A stretch of DNA of 54,852 nucleotides. It comes from a virus (lineage: Duplodnaviria; Caudoviricetes). The notes beneath the pieces are model-generated. The model saw only the letters and a program-made list of their open reading frames with translations. It was not told the DNA's origin and did no database searches. The DNA is taken from the IMG/VR virus record IMGVR_UViG_3300030376_004261, positions 1 to 54,852 of that record. One strand, 5' to 3'. Below, in pieces: positions 7,742 to 17,154 of the stretch. Position 1 is the first letter of the stretch; every line of letters starts with the position of its first letter. Both the position numbers and the translations under genes were made by a program.

Positions 7742-7892
7742 TGGTTACAAAACTGAAGTAGGACCTCGTAAAAATCACGGTGGTTATGCCAAATGGAATT
7801 GGTGCTCAATGTGTACATCAGTGTGGGATAAAACGTATAAAAGATGTCCTGATTGTAATCAAGCGATTAGAGTAAAATCGAGGTATAAATGA
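7734..7892 (+). CDS. Zinc-finger microprotein, 52 aa
   Basis: WCSMC ... RCPDCNQ; GAGG SD. Confidence 0.65.
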   Translation: MHNGYKTEVGPRKNHGGYAKWNWCSMCTSVWDKTYKRCPDCNQAIRVKSRYK

Positions 7893-8029
7893 GTAATTAC
7901 ACTGTTTGTAACACTTGTAAATGTAGACTATTTTTAAATTACGTTAGGTATAGAGACACTGCTGGTAATCCATACTGTCACATTTGTTACCAAAGATTAG
8001 TTAAGCCAGAAGATAGGGTTTACATATGA
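7889..8029 (+). CDS. Zinc-finger microprotein, 46 aa
   Basis: VCNTC ... YCHICY; GAGGT SD; ATGA coupling. Confidence 0.65.
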   Translation: MSNYTVCNTCKCRLFLNYVRYRDTAGNPYCHICYQRLVKPEDRVYI

Positions 8030-8032
8030 GTA

Positions 8033-8130
8033 ATTTTTATATAGTACGCTCTTCTAATAGCCTAATAGAGCATACTAAGCATTTGTATGACAAGCATATG
8101 TTTATAGCAACTTTGCTTAATAGAGCACGG
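8033..8130 (+). promoter_or_regulatory. Intergenic region with TATA box and repeated TAATAGAGCA
   Basis: TTTTTATATAG near 8034; TAATAGAGCA at about 8063 and 8118. Confidence 0.45.
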
Positions 8131-8137
8131 AGAGAAA

Positions 8138-8485
8138 ATGACTGAAGAAGAAATAATAGAAAACGAAGAGACATTTGACGAAGAAGCAGAAGACTTATTC
8201 GATATGGCTAATGAAGAGGCAGACAACGTAGTGATTAAAAGAGAACTTAAATATGCTACGTTTGAGTATGACGAAACTGAAAAAACGATTAAAATCGAAA
8301 CTAAGTCAGATAAAATGCCAGACCAAAACATACACGAAACTGATGAGCAGTATCAAGAGAGACTTGAATCACATCAACCTCCCGTAAACGGTAGAATCAA
8401 ACTGAATAAAGTATATAGTTTTGCACTGCTAAGATTTGTGATAAGGATTGCACAACGCAATTGGTTTAGGAAAGTTAAGAAGTGA
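8138..8485 (+). CDS. Hypothetical protein, acidic N-terminus
   Basis: 115 aa, GGAG SD. Confidence 0.7.
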   Translation: MTEEEIIENEETFDEEAEDLFDMANEEADNVVIKRELKYATFEYDETEKTIKIETKSDKMPDQNIHETDEQYQERLESHQPPVNGRIKLNKVYSFALLRFVIRIAQRNWFRKVKK

Positions 8486-8579
8486 CCGAAGAACAGTTCG
8501 ACGTAGCCGTGAAGTTTGTACACTTCTTTATGAGATTTATGGAAAAGATATATCTCGGCGAAGATAAGTGGGAAGGTGA

Positions 8580-9470
8580 TTGGTGGTAAAACCTGATTTA
8601 CTTCAAGGAAATGCCGTTGACGTAGTGAAAACGTTAGATGATGATTCAATACAATGTGTTGTGACTTCTCCACCTTATTGGGCTTTAAGAGATTACGGAG
8701 ACGATGAGCAGTTTGGTTGTGAACCAACCGTAGAAGATTATGCAGCAAACTTAGTTAGACTATTTGAAGAAATAAAACCTAAGCTAAAAGATGACGGAAC
8801 AGTATGGTTAAACATTGGAGATTGTTATGCTGGTTACTCAGGCAATACGGGTGGGGCGACCGGTAGTGATTTGAGAGGGACTAGAAACACAACAATAGTA
8901 AAAACAGGAAGTAATTTGAAAAAACGAGATTTAGTAGGTGTGCCGTGGGTAGCTGCGTTTGCGTTGAGAGAAGCAGGTTGGTATCTAAGATGTGATATTG
9001 TGTGGGCAAAACCAAACCCTATACCTGAAAGCGTAAAGAACAGACCAACACGGTCACACGAATTTATATTTTTATTATCTAAAAACCCACAGTATTATTA
9101 TGATATGGATGCGATAAGAGAACCACTAGCAAAACCTGTAGGTAAGAAAGTAAATAGTAGAGGTGAAAGATTGATTGTAGGAAATCCAAAAGGAAAAAAC
9201 TCGCGTGATGTTTGGTGGATTGCACCTAAACCTATACGAGGTTCTCACATTGCTGTGTTTCCCCCAGACTTACCAAAGAAGTGTATACTTGCTGGGAGTA
9301 AACCCGGCGATATAGTACTGGACCCATTCTCAGGAAGTGGAACTACTTGTAGAGTAGCAAGAGAATTAGGAAGGAAAGGAATAGGTATAGAACTATCTGA
9401 AGATTATCATAAGACAGCGATGGAGTTAACCTTTGGTGGCAACACGTCGTTGGAGGATTTTGGTGAGTGA
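8580..9470 (+). CDS. DNA N4-cytosine/N6-adenine methyltransferase, beta class
   Basis: VTSPPY catalytic motif precedes VLDPFSGSGTT SAM-binding motif; HIAVFP. Confidence 0.92.
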   Translation: MVVKPDLLQGNAVDVVKTLDDDSIQCVVTSPPYWALRDYGDDEQFGCEPTVEDYAANLVRLFEEIKPKLKDDGTVWLNIGDCYAGYSGNTGGATGSDLRGTRNTTIVKTGSNLKKRDLVGVPWVAAFALREAGWYLRCDIVWAKPNPIPESVKNRPTRSHEFIFLLSKNPQYYYDMDAIREPLAKPVGKKVNSRGERLIVGNPKGKNSRDVWWIAPKPIRGSHIAVFPPDLPKKCILAGSKPGDIVLDPFSGSGTTCRVARELGRKGIGIELSEDYHKTAMELTFGGNTSLEDFGE

Positions 9471-9530
9471 TGTTGTATGGTTCGTATTGTTTTACAGCTT
9501 TTGGCAGTGGGTATTTATGGAGATGAATAG

Positions 9531-10034
9531 ATGAAGACTAATAATTATACAGGTAAGAACTTTGAGTGGGAGATACGCAAATCGTTAGATGACGCTGGGT
9601 GTTGGTGGTTTAGAATACAAGATACTAATGATGTATCAAGATTCGTCAAGAAAGCAGTTGCAGAGAAGCAACCCGGCGATTTCTTTGCTGTATATCAAGG
9701 TAGACCAATATTAATAGAGTGTAAAACGAGCAGAAACAAAACATCATTCCCATTGTATTATAATAAAACACCTGCTATACCTGAGCACCAAATAGAGTAT
9801 GCACAGGATTTAGTGAAAGAGGGTGGTGAAGCGTGGTTCTTTATCAGAAGAGACATACCGCGCAATAAACGTGTTTATGCACTGACCCCATCCCAAGTAT
9901 CTATGATGTATAAAAGTGCCACTAAAAAGTCCGTTAAATGGGATGTAATTGAAAAGTTAGGTATAGAATTGGATAGATTACCTAAACCCGTGCGGTATGA
10001 TTTATCAATACTTTTAAATACAGAGGATGATTGA
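9531..10034 (+). CDS. Holliday junction resolvase, RecU/Hjc-like PD-(D/E)xK nuclease
   Basis: GKNFE, PGDF, IECKTS, IPEHQ, GGEAWF motifs. Confidence 0.75.
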   Translation: MKTNNYTGKNFEWEIRKSLDDAGCWWFRIQDTNDVSRFVKKAVAEKQPGDFFAVYQGRPILIECKTSRNKTSFPLYYNKTPAIPEHQIEYAQDLVKEGGEAWFFIRRDIPRNKRVYALTPSQVSMMYKSATKKSVKWDVIEKLGIELDRLPKPVRYDLSILLNTEDD

Positions 10035-10040
10035 AAATTT

Positions 10041-10388
10041 ATGTCTTTAATTGAAAAGTTTCTAGAAATGGCAAACGATGACGAAATAGATATAGACATC
10101 GAACCTTTGCTGGAAAACAAAGAAGACAAAGCAGTTTTTGAAAAATGGTTGAAAATATTTATGGAATTAGAGCCTATTGCAATAGTTCCTACATTAGAAA
10201 AAATGTCAAGCACATACATTATGACTAAAAGAGATGAAGTAATATTATTAGCATATGTAAAGTTTTTTGAGCAAAATATACTTAAGATGAATAAAATGAT
10301 GGAAAAGGGATTAGGATTATTAGACGAGTTACCTAAAGGTAAACGTAAAGCAAATAAGGAGGATTACAATGGGTCAATGTTTGGATGA
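10041..10388 (+). CDS. Hypothetical protein
   Basis: 115 aa in operon. Confidence 0.65.
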   Translation: MSLIEKFLEMANDDEIDIDIEPLLENKEDKAVFEKWLKIFMELEPIAIVPTLEKMSSTYIMTKRDEVILLAYVKFFEQNILKMNKMMEKGLGLLDELPKGKRKANKEDYNGSMFG

Positions 10389-10647
10389 GCAATTCGAAAA
10401 AATATGGAATAAGAATGGCAAATCTAGATGTAGGCTCAAAGATAAAGTTAGAATGAGAGGAATGCAGCCAACTTATGAAAACTGTAAAGATTACTATACA
10501 GGTCAAATAAAATGGATAGTGAACTCAGTAAATGGAAATGGAGAGCATATGAATGTAAATACAAAAACATATAGGAGGGTAGTCTATGGAACCACACGCT
10601 CAGTGGCGAACAAACATCGAAAGAAGAACCGAAAACCTAACAGGTGA
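10369..10647 (+). CDS. Hypothetical basic protein (start uncertain)
   Basis: 92 aa in operon. Confidence 0.5.
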   Translation: MGQCLDEQFEKIWNKNGKSRCRLKDKVRMRGMQPTYENCKDYYTGQIKWIVNSVNGNGEHMNVNTKTYRRVVYGTTRSVANKHRKKNRKPNR

Positions 10648-10873
10648 TTGGTGGCCATTTGTTGAAAACATAAAAGAGATATTAGATAAGATGGATGAAT
10701 TACATCACGAATTTAATATGCTCGAAAACAAAGTTGATGAAACAATGGGTATGGTTAAGGGCTTATACAAGTCTTTACACAAGGTCGGCCTTTTCGATAA
10801 AGAGTTTAAACTCAATTGGAAAGCAGTCGAAATTATAAACGAGGTAATAAATGCCGGAACAGAAGAAAAATGA
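10586..10873 (+). CDS. Hypothetical coiled-coil protein
   Basis: 95 aa, GGAGG SD. Confidence 0.6.
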   Translation: MEPHAQWRTNIERRTENLTGDWWPFVENIKEILDKMDELHHEFNMLENKVDETMGMVKGLYKSLHKVGLFDKEFKLNWKAVEIINEVINAGTEEK

Positions 10874-11138
10874 AATGACAGATAGTGATAGATTTAAATC
10901 ACTATACTTTGATAGCTCACAAGAGAATCTTCTCTTGAAAGGAGGGAGAACACACCGATTGAGTATTGGTGGTGTTACTCTAGAAATAGTACCAAGCAGT
11001 AAAATGTCACCTAAACAAGTGTTTAATATGTACATCAAGTTCTTAAAGGAACTAAAAGAATTACACGGTGATAAACATTTACTTGCGCCAAAAAACGATG
11101 AACCCAACAGTGATGGGTTAGCTAGTTTATTCGGTTAG
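10851..11138 (+). CDS. Hypothetical protein
   Basis: 95 aa, GAGGT SD. Confidence 0.65.
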   Translation: MPEQKKNEMTDSDRFKSLYFDSSQENLLLKGGRTHRLSIGGVTLEIVPSSKMSPKQVFNMYIKFLKELKELHGDKHLLAPKNDEPNSDGLASLFG

Positions 11139-11396
11139 ATGCGAGGCGCTAGAGATGGAGTTACACTTGGTAAATGCCAATGGTGTAATTGTAAAATAGC
11201 AGAGGGTGATATGAAACCCTTTGCAAGATACGCTAAAATAATAAATACTAAATGGTATTGCGGAGACTGTTTATTTTCTATCAAACCAATTATAGACAAT
11301 ATATCAGAAGCTTACGAAGCAACTATACAGATAGCTGAGTCAGCTGGTAATCCGCTTAGACTCGACCCTAAAACGGGTCGTTTAGTGAGGGCGTAG
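11139..11396 (+). CDS. Zinc-finger protein
   Basis: CQWC ... YCGDC. Confidence 0.7.
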   Translation: MRGARDGVTLGKCQWCNCKIAEGDMKPFARYAKIINTKWYCGDCLFSIKPIIDNISEAYEATIQIAESAGNPLRLDPKTGRLVRA

Positions 11397-11406
11397 GCTT
11401 TATATA
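11395..11406 (+). promoter_or_regulatory. Promoter AGGCTTTATATA of the replication operon
   Basis: Identical to 397-408; GGAGGT SD and ATG 11439 follow. Confidence 0.75.
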
Positions 11407-11438
11407 GTAGTAAAGCTGGTCCAAATGGAGGTAAAGAA

Positions 11439-11639
11439 ATGCCACAAAATAACAACAAATTGGAAGAAATGGTTGGCCTGTTCCGTAATGAGAGCAAAAA
11501 AGGCGAGATATACTACTCCGGTAAAACCAAAGATGGTAAAGAAGTAGTAATGTTCCGTAACTCATACTGGGAAGAAGGTAGTAACAAACCGTATTTCAGA
11601 CTATACGACAAAGGCAATCAACAACAGTCTCAAGATTAA
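11439..11639 (+). CDS. Small putative ssDNA-binding protein, DUF736-like
   Basis: VGLFRNESKKGEIYYSGK ... NKPYFRLY pattern. Confidence 0.5.
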   Translation: MPQNNNKLEEMVGLFRNESKKGEIYYSGKTKDGKEVVMFRNSYWEEGSNKPYFRLYDKGNQQQSQD

Positions 11640-11641
11640 AA

Positions 11642-12325
11642 TTGAGCTTTAGTGATTGGATACAGTCTAACAGAAGCGAGAGAGTCTGGTTACAAGACTC
11701 AATGACTGCTCTGGCACAGTTTGCGTTTGTTAATCCTTTGCATAGAGTGAAACACTATGTGCAAAGTAAAAACAAAAGAGTAGACTGTTGGGCTGAGAGA
11801 ACTGGTAAGTGTGTATACTGTGATAACGGTATAATGAAAGTAAATGACTACACATATGGAATATTCATAGAACGTGGAGATTCAACTATCAAGTATATGA
11901 GTAGTGTAAACCTTTCATCTCACACACTTATACAGAATATCTTCTCTGACCTGCTTGATGATAATATTAATCCTTGTGATTTAGTATTTGAAATATCAAA
12001 AACTAAGATAACTAATTTATCAGGTAACAAAGTTTCTGGATATAGTATCAAGAAAAGCAGTGAAGATATGTTTGTCAAAGAAGTATTTAGACCCTCTCCG
12101 CTAAATGCATTTCAGAACATAGTGAGAGATTTTAGATGGGTAGTGCCTGAAGAGTTAGTCATTAAGTTGGTTGACTTAGACGGTCACCCCATCAGTTTGA
12201 TTGATTTATTCTTAAAGATTAAAGAGATATCAAACGTTGATGATAAAGAAGCAAAGAAATTTGCGATTAGATTATTAGAAAATGGAGTGATTGACTTGAA
12301 AAAAGCAAAGGAGTTTAGGAATTGA
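11642..12325 (+). CDS. Putative Zn-binding ssDNA-binding protein (T4 gp32-like pattern)
   Basis: KHYV...VDC...CVYC Zn cluster in a beta-rich region; adjacent to the helicase. Confidence 0.4.
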   Translation: MSFSDWIQSNRSERVWLQDSMTALAQFAFVNPLHRVKHYVQSKNKRVDCWAERTGKCVYCDNGIMKVNDYTYGIFIERGDSTIKYMSSVNLSSHTLIQNIFSDLLDDNINPCDLVFEISKTKITNLSGNKVSGYSIKKSSEDMFVKEVFRPSPLNAFQNIVRDFRWVVPEELVIKLVDLDGHPISLIDLFLKIKEISNVDDKEAKKFAIRLLENGVIDLKKAKEFRN

Positions 12326-13701
12326 GCCAGTTTGAACTTACCGATTTAGTTAGGTATTTTCATAACGTAAGGAATGAAAAGGGCGAACACGTCCCTATCA
12401 TAGGTGAAGACAAACTTGCTGTAACTGCAGCACTGTCTTACTTACTAGAAGACACTAATTTTATGATTAATGCATACAGTGGTACAGGTAAAACTGTTAT
12501 TATGAATGCTGTGTTTAACTTACTAGAAGGTACAGGTATACCATATACTGTTGTAGAACAAATGTCTGAAACAGCACTGTGGTATGATATGGATAGAATA
12601 AATTCATCAAGATTCCTTGCAATACCTGAAGCACAGAAATGTCCAGAAGCTATTATTGAGATATTAAAAACGTGGGCAGATGATAGGGCAGCAGTTAGAA
12701 AGAGAACTGATGTGACCATACAAGATGTTAGAGAACAAGTGTTACACCCTAAGTTTGTGTTTGTCTGTAAGGCAGTAGAGAATAAAAGAGGTGATGCATT
12801 CTTAGATGCTGAGTTAGAACGTAGGTATATGGTAACACATACAAATCCTACAGTAAAACAAACTGAAGATGTTATTAAGTACAAACTAGATACTTTTGCT
12901 AAACCACACGAAGATTTAGTTACTATGGAAGATGAAGAGATAGAAGCACTAAAAAAACATATTGCTAATTGTATTATAGAAAGGGATGACAGTAAGGGTG
13001 TTAAAGTAAGAAATCCTTGTGCTCCTTTCTTGTATGATTTGATACCAACATTATTTCCTATAGCTAGAAGTAAAGTTCATTACTATCTTAAGTTAATCAA
13101 TGCAGTTGCTAGATTCTACCCCGGCGAGTTAGTTAGAGTAGAAAGAGACGGTGTGCAGTATGGGTTGATAACACCTAAACATAATTGGCTAGCAACACAA
13201 ATTTACATTGACACGTTTGTGACAGAATGTTTACAGATGCCATCACACGGTACAGATATACTTAAACTGATACCTGACACAGAGATAGATAAGTTTGGTA
13301 TGGTTACAGCAGAAGTAATCAAGATGACTAAGAAAGAGATACAACAAGCTGCACGTCAAGCTGGGTTGCCGTTTGCTCAGAAGAACATCAATCCTTTACT
13401 TACGTCTTTAGTTATGTTAGGATTTTTAGAACAAGAAGAAGAAGATAAGAAAATAACATACTTTAAGTCAGCATTAGTAAGAGAACCAAGTACAAAAATT
13501 GATTGGGGAGAGTTGATGCGTGGTACTGCTGATTTGATGAGACAAACTTGGCCAGAAATTGCAGAAGAATACATTCGTAACTACTGCACAGAAGTTGAAG
13601 TAATTAACCCATTTGATAATACAAAACACGTTTTAGCTGCTGATTTACCAGCAGTAGAAGTTAAGACTGACGATATAGACTACGGTGGTTGGTATGAATA
13701 A
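12322..13701 (+). CDS. AAA+ ATPase, probable MCM-related replicative helicase with C-terminal winged helix
   Basis: Walker A AYSGTGKT; atypical Walker B LAIPE; LDAELERR Arg-finger region; replication context. Confidence 0.65.
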   Translation: MSQFELTDLVRYFHNVRNEKGEHVPIIGEDKLAVTAALSYLLEDTNFMINAYSGTGKTVIMNAVFNLLEGTGIPYTVVEQMSETALWYDMDRINSSRFLAIPEAQKCPEAIIEILKTWADDRAAVRKRTDVTIQDVREQVLHPKFVFVCKAVENKRGDAFLDAELERRYMVTHTNPTVKQTEDVIKYKLDTFAKPHEDLVTMEDEEIEALKKHIANCIIERDDSKGVKVRNPCAPFLYDLIPTLFPIARSKVHYYLKLINAVARFYPGELVRVERDGVQYGLITPKHNWLATQIYIDTFVTECLQMPSHGTDILKLIPDTEIDKFGMVTAEVIKMTKKEIQQAARQAGLPFAQKNINPLLTSLVMLGFLEQEEEDKKITYFKSALVREPSTKIDWGELMRGTADLMRQTWPEIAEEYIRNYCTEVEVINPFDNTKHVLAADLPAVEVKTDDIDYGGWYE

Positions 13702-13969
13702 ACTACCCTACGCACCAAGAGGTGAAATGTTTGGTGTGGTTAGGGAAATGAATGGCGCAGCTAGAGCAACAGTAATCTGTGAAGATGAAAAAAATAGAAT
13801 GTGCCGTATTGTAGGAAAGATGAAAAAGAAAGTATGGGTGAGAGTTGGAGATTTAGTGATAGTTAAGAAGTGGACTGTACAAGAGGACACTAAAGGCGAC
13901 GTTGTTTTTAGATATACTAAGACACAAGCAAATAGAATAAAAGATAAAGTACCGGAGTTTTTGAGATGA
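13694..13969 (+). CDS. eif1a: Archaeal translation initiation factor 1A homologue
   Basis: GEMFGVV...CED...RMCRIVGKMKKKVWVRVGDLVIV..W...KGDVVFRYTKTQ matches the aIF-1A/eIF1A OB-fold consensus. Confidence 0.9.
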   Translation: MNKLPYAPRGEMFGVVREMNGAARATVICEDEKNRMCRIVGKMKKKVWVRVGDLVIVKKWTVQEDTKGDVVFRYTKTQANRIKDKVPEFLR

Positions 13970-14241
13970 CAGAAGAAGAAATGAAAGATTTAGAAAAGAA
14001 CAGACAAGCAATAAACCGAGAACAGTGGTTAGATTTGCTGAGAGGATGCGCAATACATCATAAGAAAAAAGCAGAAGAGACTGCTCCTGTTATTATGGGA
14101 GCGCAACCTACAGAACAACATATTATGCATAAGGTATGGTCGTTGAGTATAGAAGAGGCAGTGGATTTAATTAGCATACTACCTACGGTAGACGGAGATG
14201 ATGATGACTTACCACAGAATAGTAAGGGGCCGCTAGGATGA
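13966..14241 (+). CDS. Hypothetical protein
   Basis: 91 aa, coupled on both sides. Confidence 0.65.
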   Translation: MTEEEMKDLEKNRQAINREQWLDLLRGCAIHHKKKAEETAPVIMGAQPTEQHIMHKVWSLSIEEAVDLISILPTVDGDDDDLPQNSKGPLG

Positions 14242-16466
14242 AAATACCTTTGATTGCTATGAGTAGCAATCATACCGTCAACAGAATGACGGGAGAACAA
14301 CAAATTATTGTTTGGGTTAACGGCGAAAAAAGAATAGTCAAGTCACCAAGAGACCATCATTATTACATACCTGATAAAGATGGAGAAGAGTACAAAGTTT
14401 TAGGCCACGAGAATAGAAAGTACACAAAGAAGTATGTTAACAATGCGAAAGAGTTACATCCTGAGACAATACCGTCATACGCTAAGTTAGATGGTGTTAC
14501 AAACAACGAGATAGAGAGGATTTGCATTGAGAAACCTGAATTTTTCAATGGATACCCTCAAGAAAATGTTAAGTCTTTAGGGTTTGATTTAGAAGTAACG
14601 TCTGCTGATGGTTCGTTTCCGTTAGGTGATAAACACCCAATCGTAGCTATAGGATACGTCACAAGCGATGGACATAGAGAATCATTACTATGGGACGGTG
14701 AAAGTGATAAAGAGATAATAGAAAAGTTTGCTGACTTCATCAACGATTACGACCCAGATATATTATATGGTTACAACTTGATTGGATACGATATCCCACA
14801 ACTGTTTGCTCGAGCTGGTAAACACGGCATCAACTTAAAACCTAAGTTGAATAGAGAGAACAACTCATCATTCGGATGGGAGACTGACTTTTCTTATCAC
14901 AAGAAAACAAGAATACAAACGTGGGGTAGAGTTATTATTGATGTTTACAACTTTACAAGTAGGGACTACGCATTAGCGGGTATTCGAAAGAGATTAAAAG
15001 ATGTTGCAAGATTTTATGGTCACGACCCTATTGAGTTAGATTTTAGTGAAAAAGACATTCTTGATTACGATATAGAAACAGTTAATGAGTATGTGTTGAG
15101 CGACTGTGATATTACTAAATGGTTGTTTGAACACTACTTTGTACAACACTGTTATATTGCTGAGACATTAGGAGTTCCGTTGGAGTTGTATATAAACTCA
15201 GCAGATTCGTTTATAACTAAAATATTGCAAGGTAGAGATTTATATAAAAAGAATATATTAACCATAGATAAAAATATAGATAGATATCCAGAGAATAAAA
15301 GTTTTCAAGCAGCACATATAGACTTGTATCTGCCGGGTTTTCATAAAGAAAACTACAAAGTAGATTTTGCATCTATGTATCCTAGTATTGCTATGACTTT
15401 AAATTTAGGCCCTGATACTACCACAATAGAAGGATATGAAGATTATGACATCAGTGCGTTTAATTGTACATTTAAACAGAATGCTATGTATCTTACTATA
15501 CCAGATAACGTTATCAATAAGAATGTAATTATAAGAGTAGACCAGTCATTTAAATCTGGTTTGTATACTATGTGTAAGAACTTTAACAACATACGTAAAC
15601 CATTTAAGAAACTAAAGACTCACGAAGCTAAGAGTAAATCGAACGGTATTAAGATTATGGTCAATACATTCTACGGTGCTAATACTAATCCGTATATGAC
15701 ATATGGAGATATATCTGTAGGTATTGCAATCACCGGAGTTGCTCGTTGGTTGATAATGGGAGCAAAGAAACTTATTGAAATGAAGTATGGTGAAAACTCA
15801 GTTGTGTACATACACACTGACGGTATCAATACAAACAAAGATATAGATACAGATTGGATTAACAAACAATTACAGAAAGGTGTTGAAAGCTTTTTTACAG
15901 GTAGTGAACCGGAATGGGTTAGAGTAGATAAAGATGTTTTCAAAGAGGGTGTGTGGTTACAGATAGGTAACTATGTATTACGAAATGAAGACGGTAGTTT
16001 AACTAAACACGGTTCTACTTTCAAGGCAAAAACAAGGTCACCGTTTTACTTGAAGGTGCTTAAAAAGATAACAATGGCACGGTTAGACAACGTTGTTAAC
16101 GCTGACTTTGTAGAGGATTTGTATGACTTTGATAACTTTGTTCTTGAAGACTTTTTACAGACTAGAGCTATGAATAGAAACATAGAAGATTATGTTGGTG
16201 AAAATGATTTGATAGTACAACTTGCTAAACAAGGTAAACAACTTGGTATGCGTACAGGACCCGGCACTACATTCTATTACTACAAAACTAAAGAAGGTTA
16301 CAAAGTAGAAGAAACTGTTGAGTCTCTCGGCGAAATAGATATAAAGTATCACTGGGATATTATTAACAACCTTTTGAAAAAGTTTAGTTTAGACTCTTGG
16401 GTTCGAAAGAAGCCAAACCTAACAGTTGTAGACCGAAATCAAAAGAGTTTATTGGAGTTTGTATGA
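14238..16466 (+). CDS. polB: Family B DNA polymerase with 3'-5' exonuclease
   Basis: ExoI FDLE, ExoII GYNLIGYD, ExoIII YVLSD; motif A DFASMYPS, motif B KIMVNTFYG, motif C variant YIHTDG. Confidence 0.93.
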   Translation: MKIPLIAMSSNHTVNRMTGEQQIIVWVNGEKRIVKSPRDHHYYIPDKDGEEYKVLGHENRKYTKKYVNNAKELHPETIPSYAKLDGVTNNEIERICIEKPEFFNGYPQENVKSLGFDLEVTSADGSFPLGDKHPIVAIGYVTSDGHRESLLWDGESDKEIIEKFADFINDYDPDILYGYNLIGYDIPQLFARAGKHGINLKPKLNRENNSSFGWETDFSYHKKTRIQTWGRVIIDVYNFTSRDYALAGIRKRLKDVARFYGHDPIELDFSEKDILDYDIETVNEYVLSDCDITKWLFEHYFVQHCYIAETLGVPLELYINSADSFITKILQGRDLYKKNILTIDKNIDRYPENKSFQAAHIDLYLPGFHKENYKVDFASMYPSIAMTLNLGPDTTTIEGYEDYDISAFNCTFKQNAMYLTIPDNVINKNVIIRVDQSFKSGLYTMCKNFNNIRKPFKKLKTHEAKSKSNGIKIMVNTFYGANTNPYMTYGDISVGIAITGVARWLIMGAKKLIEMKYGENSVVYIHTDGINTNKDIDTDWINKQLQKGVESFFTGSEPEWVRVDKDVFKEGVWLQIGNYVLRNEDGSLTKHGSTFKAKTRSPFYLKVLKKITMARLDNVVNADFVEDLYDFDNFVLEDFLQTRAMNRNIEDYVGENDLIVQLAKQGKQLGMRTGPGTTFYYYKTKEGYKVEETVESLGEIDIKYHWDIINNLLKKFSLDSWVRKKPNLTVVDRNQKSLLEFV

Positions 16467-16618
16467 AAAAAATAAAAGCTATTCCAGTCTGTAAAACGTG
16501 TAACTGTGTAATGTTTAAGAAAAAGTATGAAGGTGCTTTTGGTATCCTTAATGGATGGGGATGTCCTGAATGTCACGTCACAGATTGGGGGGAAGTAGAT
16601 AAATATGTTTCTAAATGA
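16463..16618 (+). CDS. Zinc-finger microprotein, 51 aa
   Basis: CKTC ... WGCPEC; ATGA overlap with polB stop. Confidence 0.65.
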   Translation: MKKIKAIPVCKTCNCVMFKKKYEGAFGILNGWGCPECHVTDWGEVDKYVSK

Positions 16619-16688
16619 AGCAGAATGGATGTTATTGATAGCTTTTATTATAGCTATATTTTTTGGGTTTGTAGTGGTGATATCGTGA
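16605..16688 (+). CDS. Single-TM microprotein, 27 aa
   Basis: MFLNEAEWMLLIAFIIAIFFGFVVVIS; GTGA coupling to next gene. Confidence 0.45.
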   Translation: MFLNEAEWMLLIAFIIAIFFGFVVVIS

Positions 16689-17125
16689 AAAAAAGAGTAA
16701 ACGTAAAGAAAGATTACGACTGGGGAATTGGTCGTGAAAAAATGGTCATCAAACATATTGGTGATGAGTTAGGGAAAGGATTTGAAAAGCTGGGAAAGTT
16801 TGACCACTTTGATTATCTTGGATATAGAAATGGCAAACAGTGTTATGTCGAAATCAAGTCAAGAAGAATATCTAAAGACGCATATGAAGAAACTATAGTG
16901 CCAGCATCTAAAGTTGCAAAGGCAATAGAATTGATTGGTATGGGTAACAAAGTATTTTTTGTAATATCTTTTACAAATGGTATATGTTACTTAGATATGT
17001 CTAATGCTGATTTTAAGTTAGGTTACAACGCTAGAACTGACAGAGGAGCAGTAGAGTTAAATCATTATGCATTTATTCCGCTGCATCAATTTAAGACAGC
17101 AGAACCTTTAAATACGATGGATTAG
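16685..17125 (+). CDS. PD-(D/E)xK nuclease
   Basis: GIGRE, FDY, YVEIKSR motifs; GTG start after GGTGA SD. Confidence 0.75.
   Translation: MKKRVNVKKDYDWGIGREKMVIKHIGDELGKGFEKLGKFDHFDYLGYRNGKQCYVEIKSRRISKDAYEETIVPASKVAKAIELIGMGNKVFFVISFTNGICYLDMSNADFKLGYNARTDRGAVELNHYAFIPLHQFKTAEPLNTMD
17103..17114 (+). promoter_or_regulatory. Promoter AACCTTTAAATA (second class)
   Basis: Same or near-identical 12-mer at 23401(+), 38209-38220(-), 42513-42524(-), each 33-52 nt before a start codon. Confidence 0.7.
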
Positions 17126-17154
17126 TATATTTATGTATACCGAGGTGGTATCAA

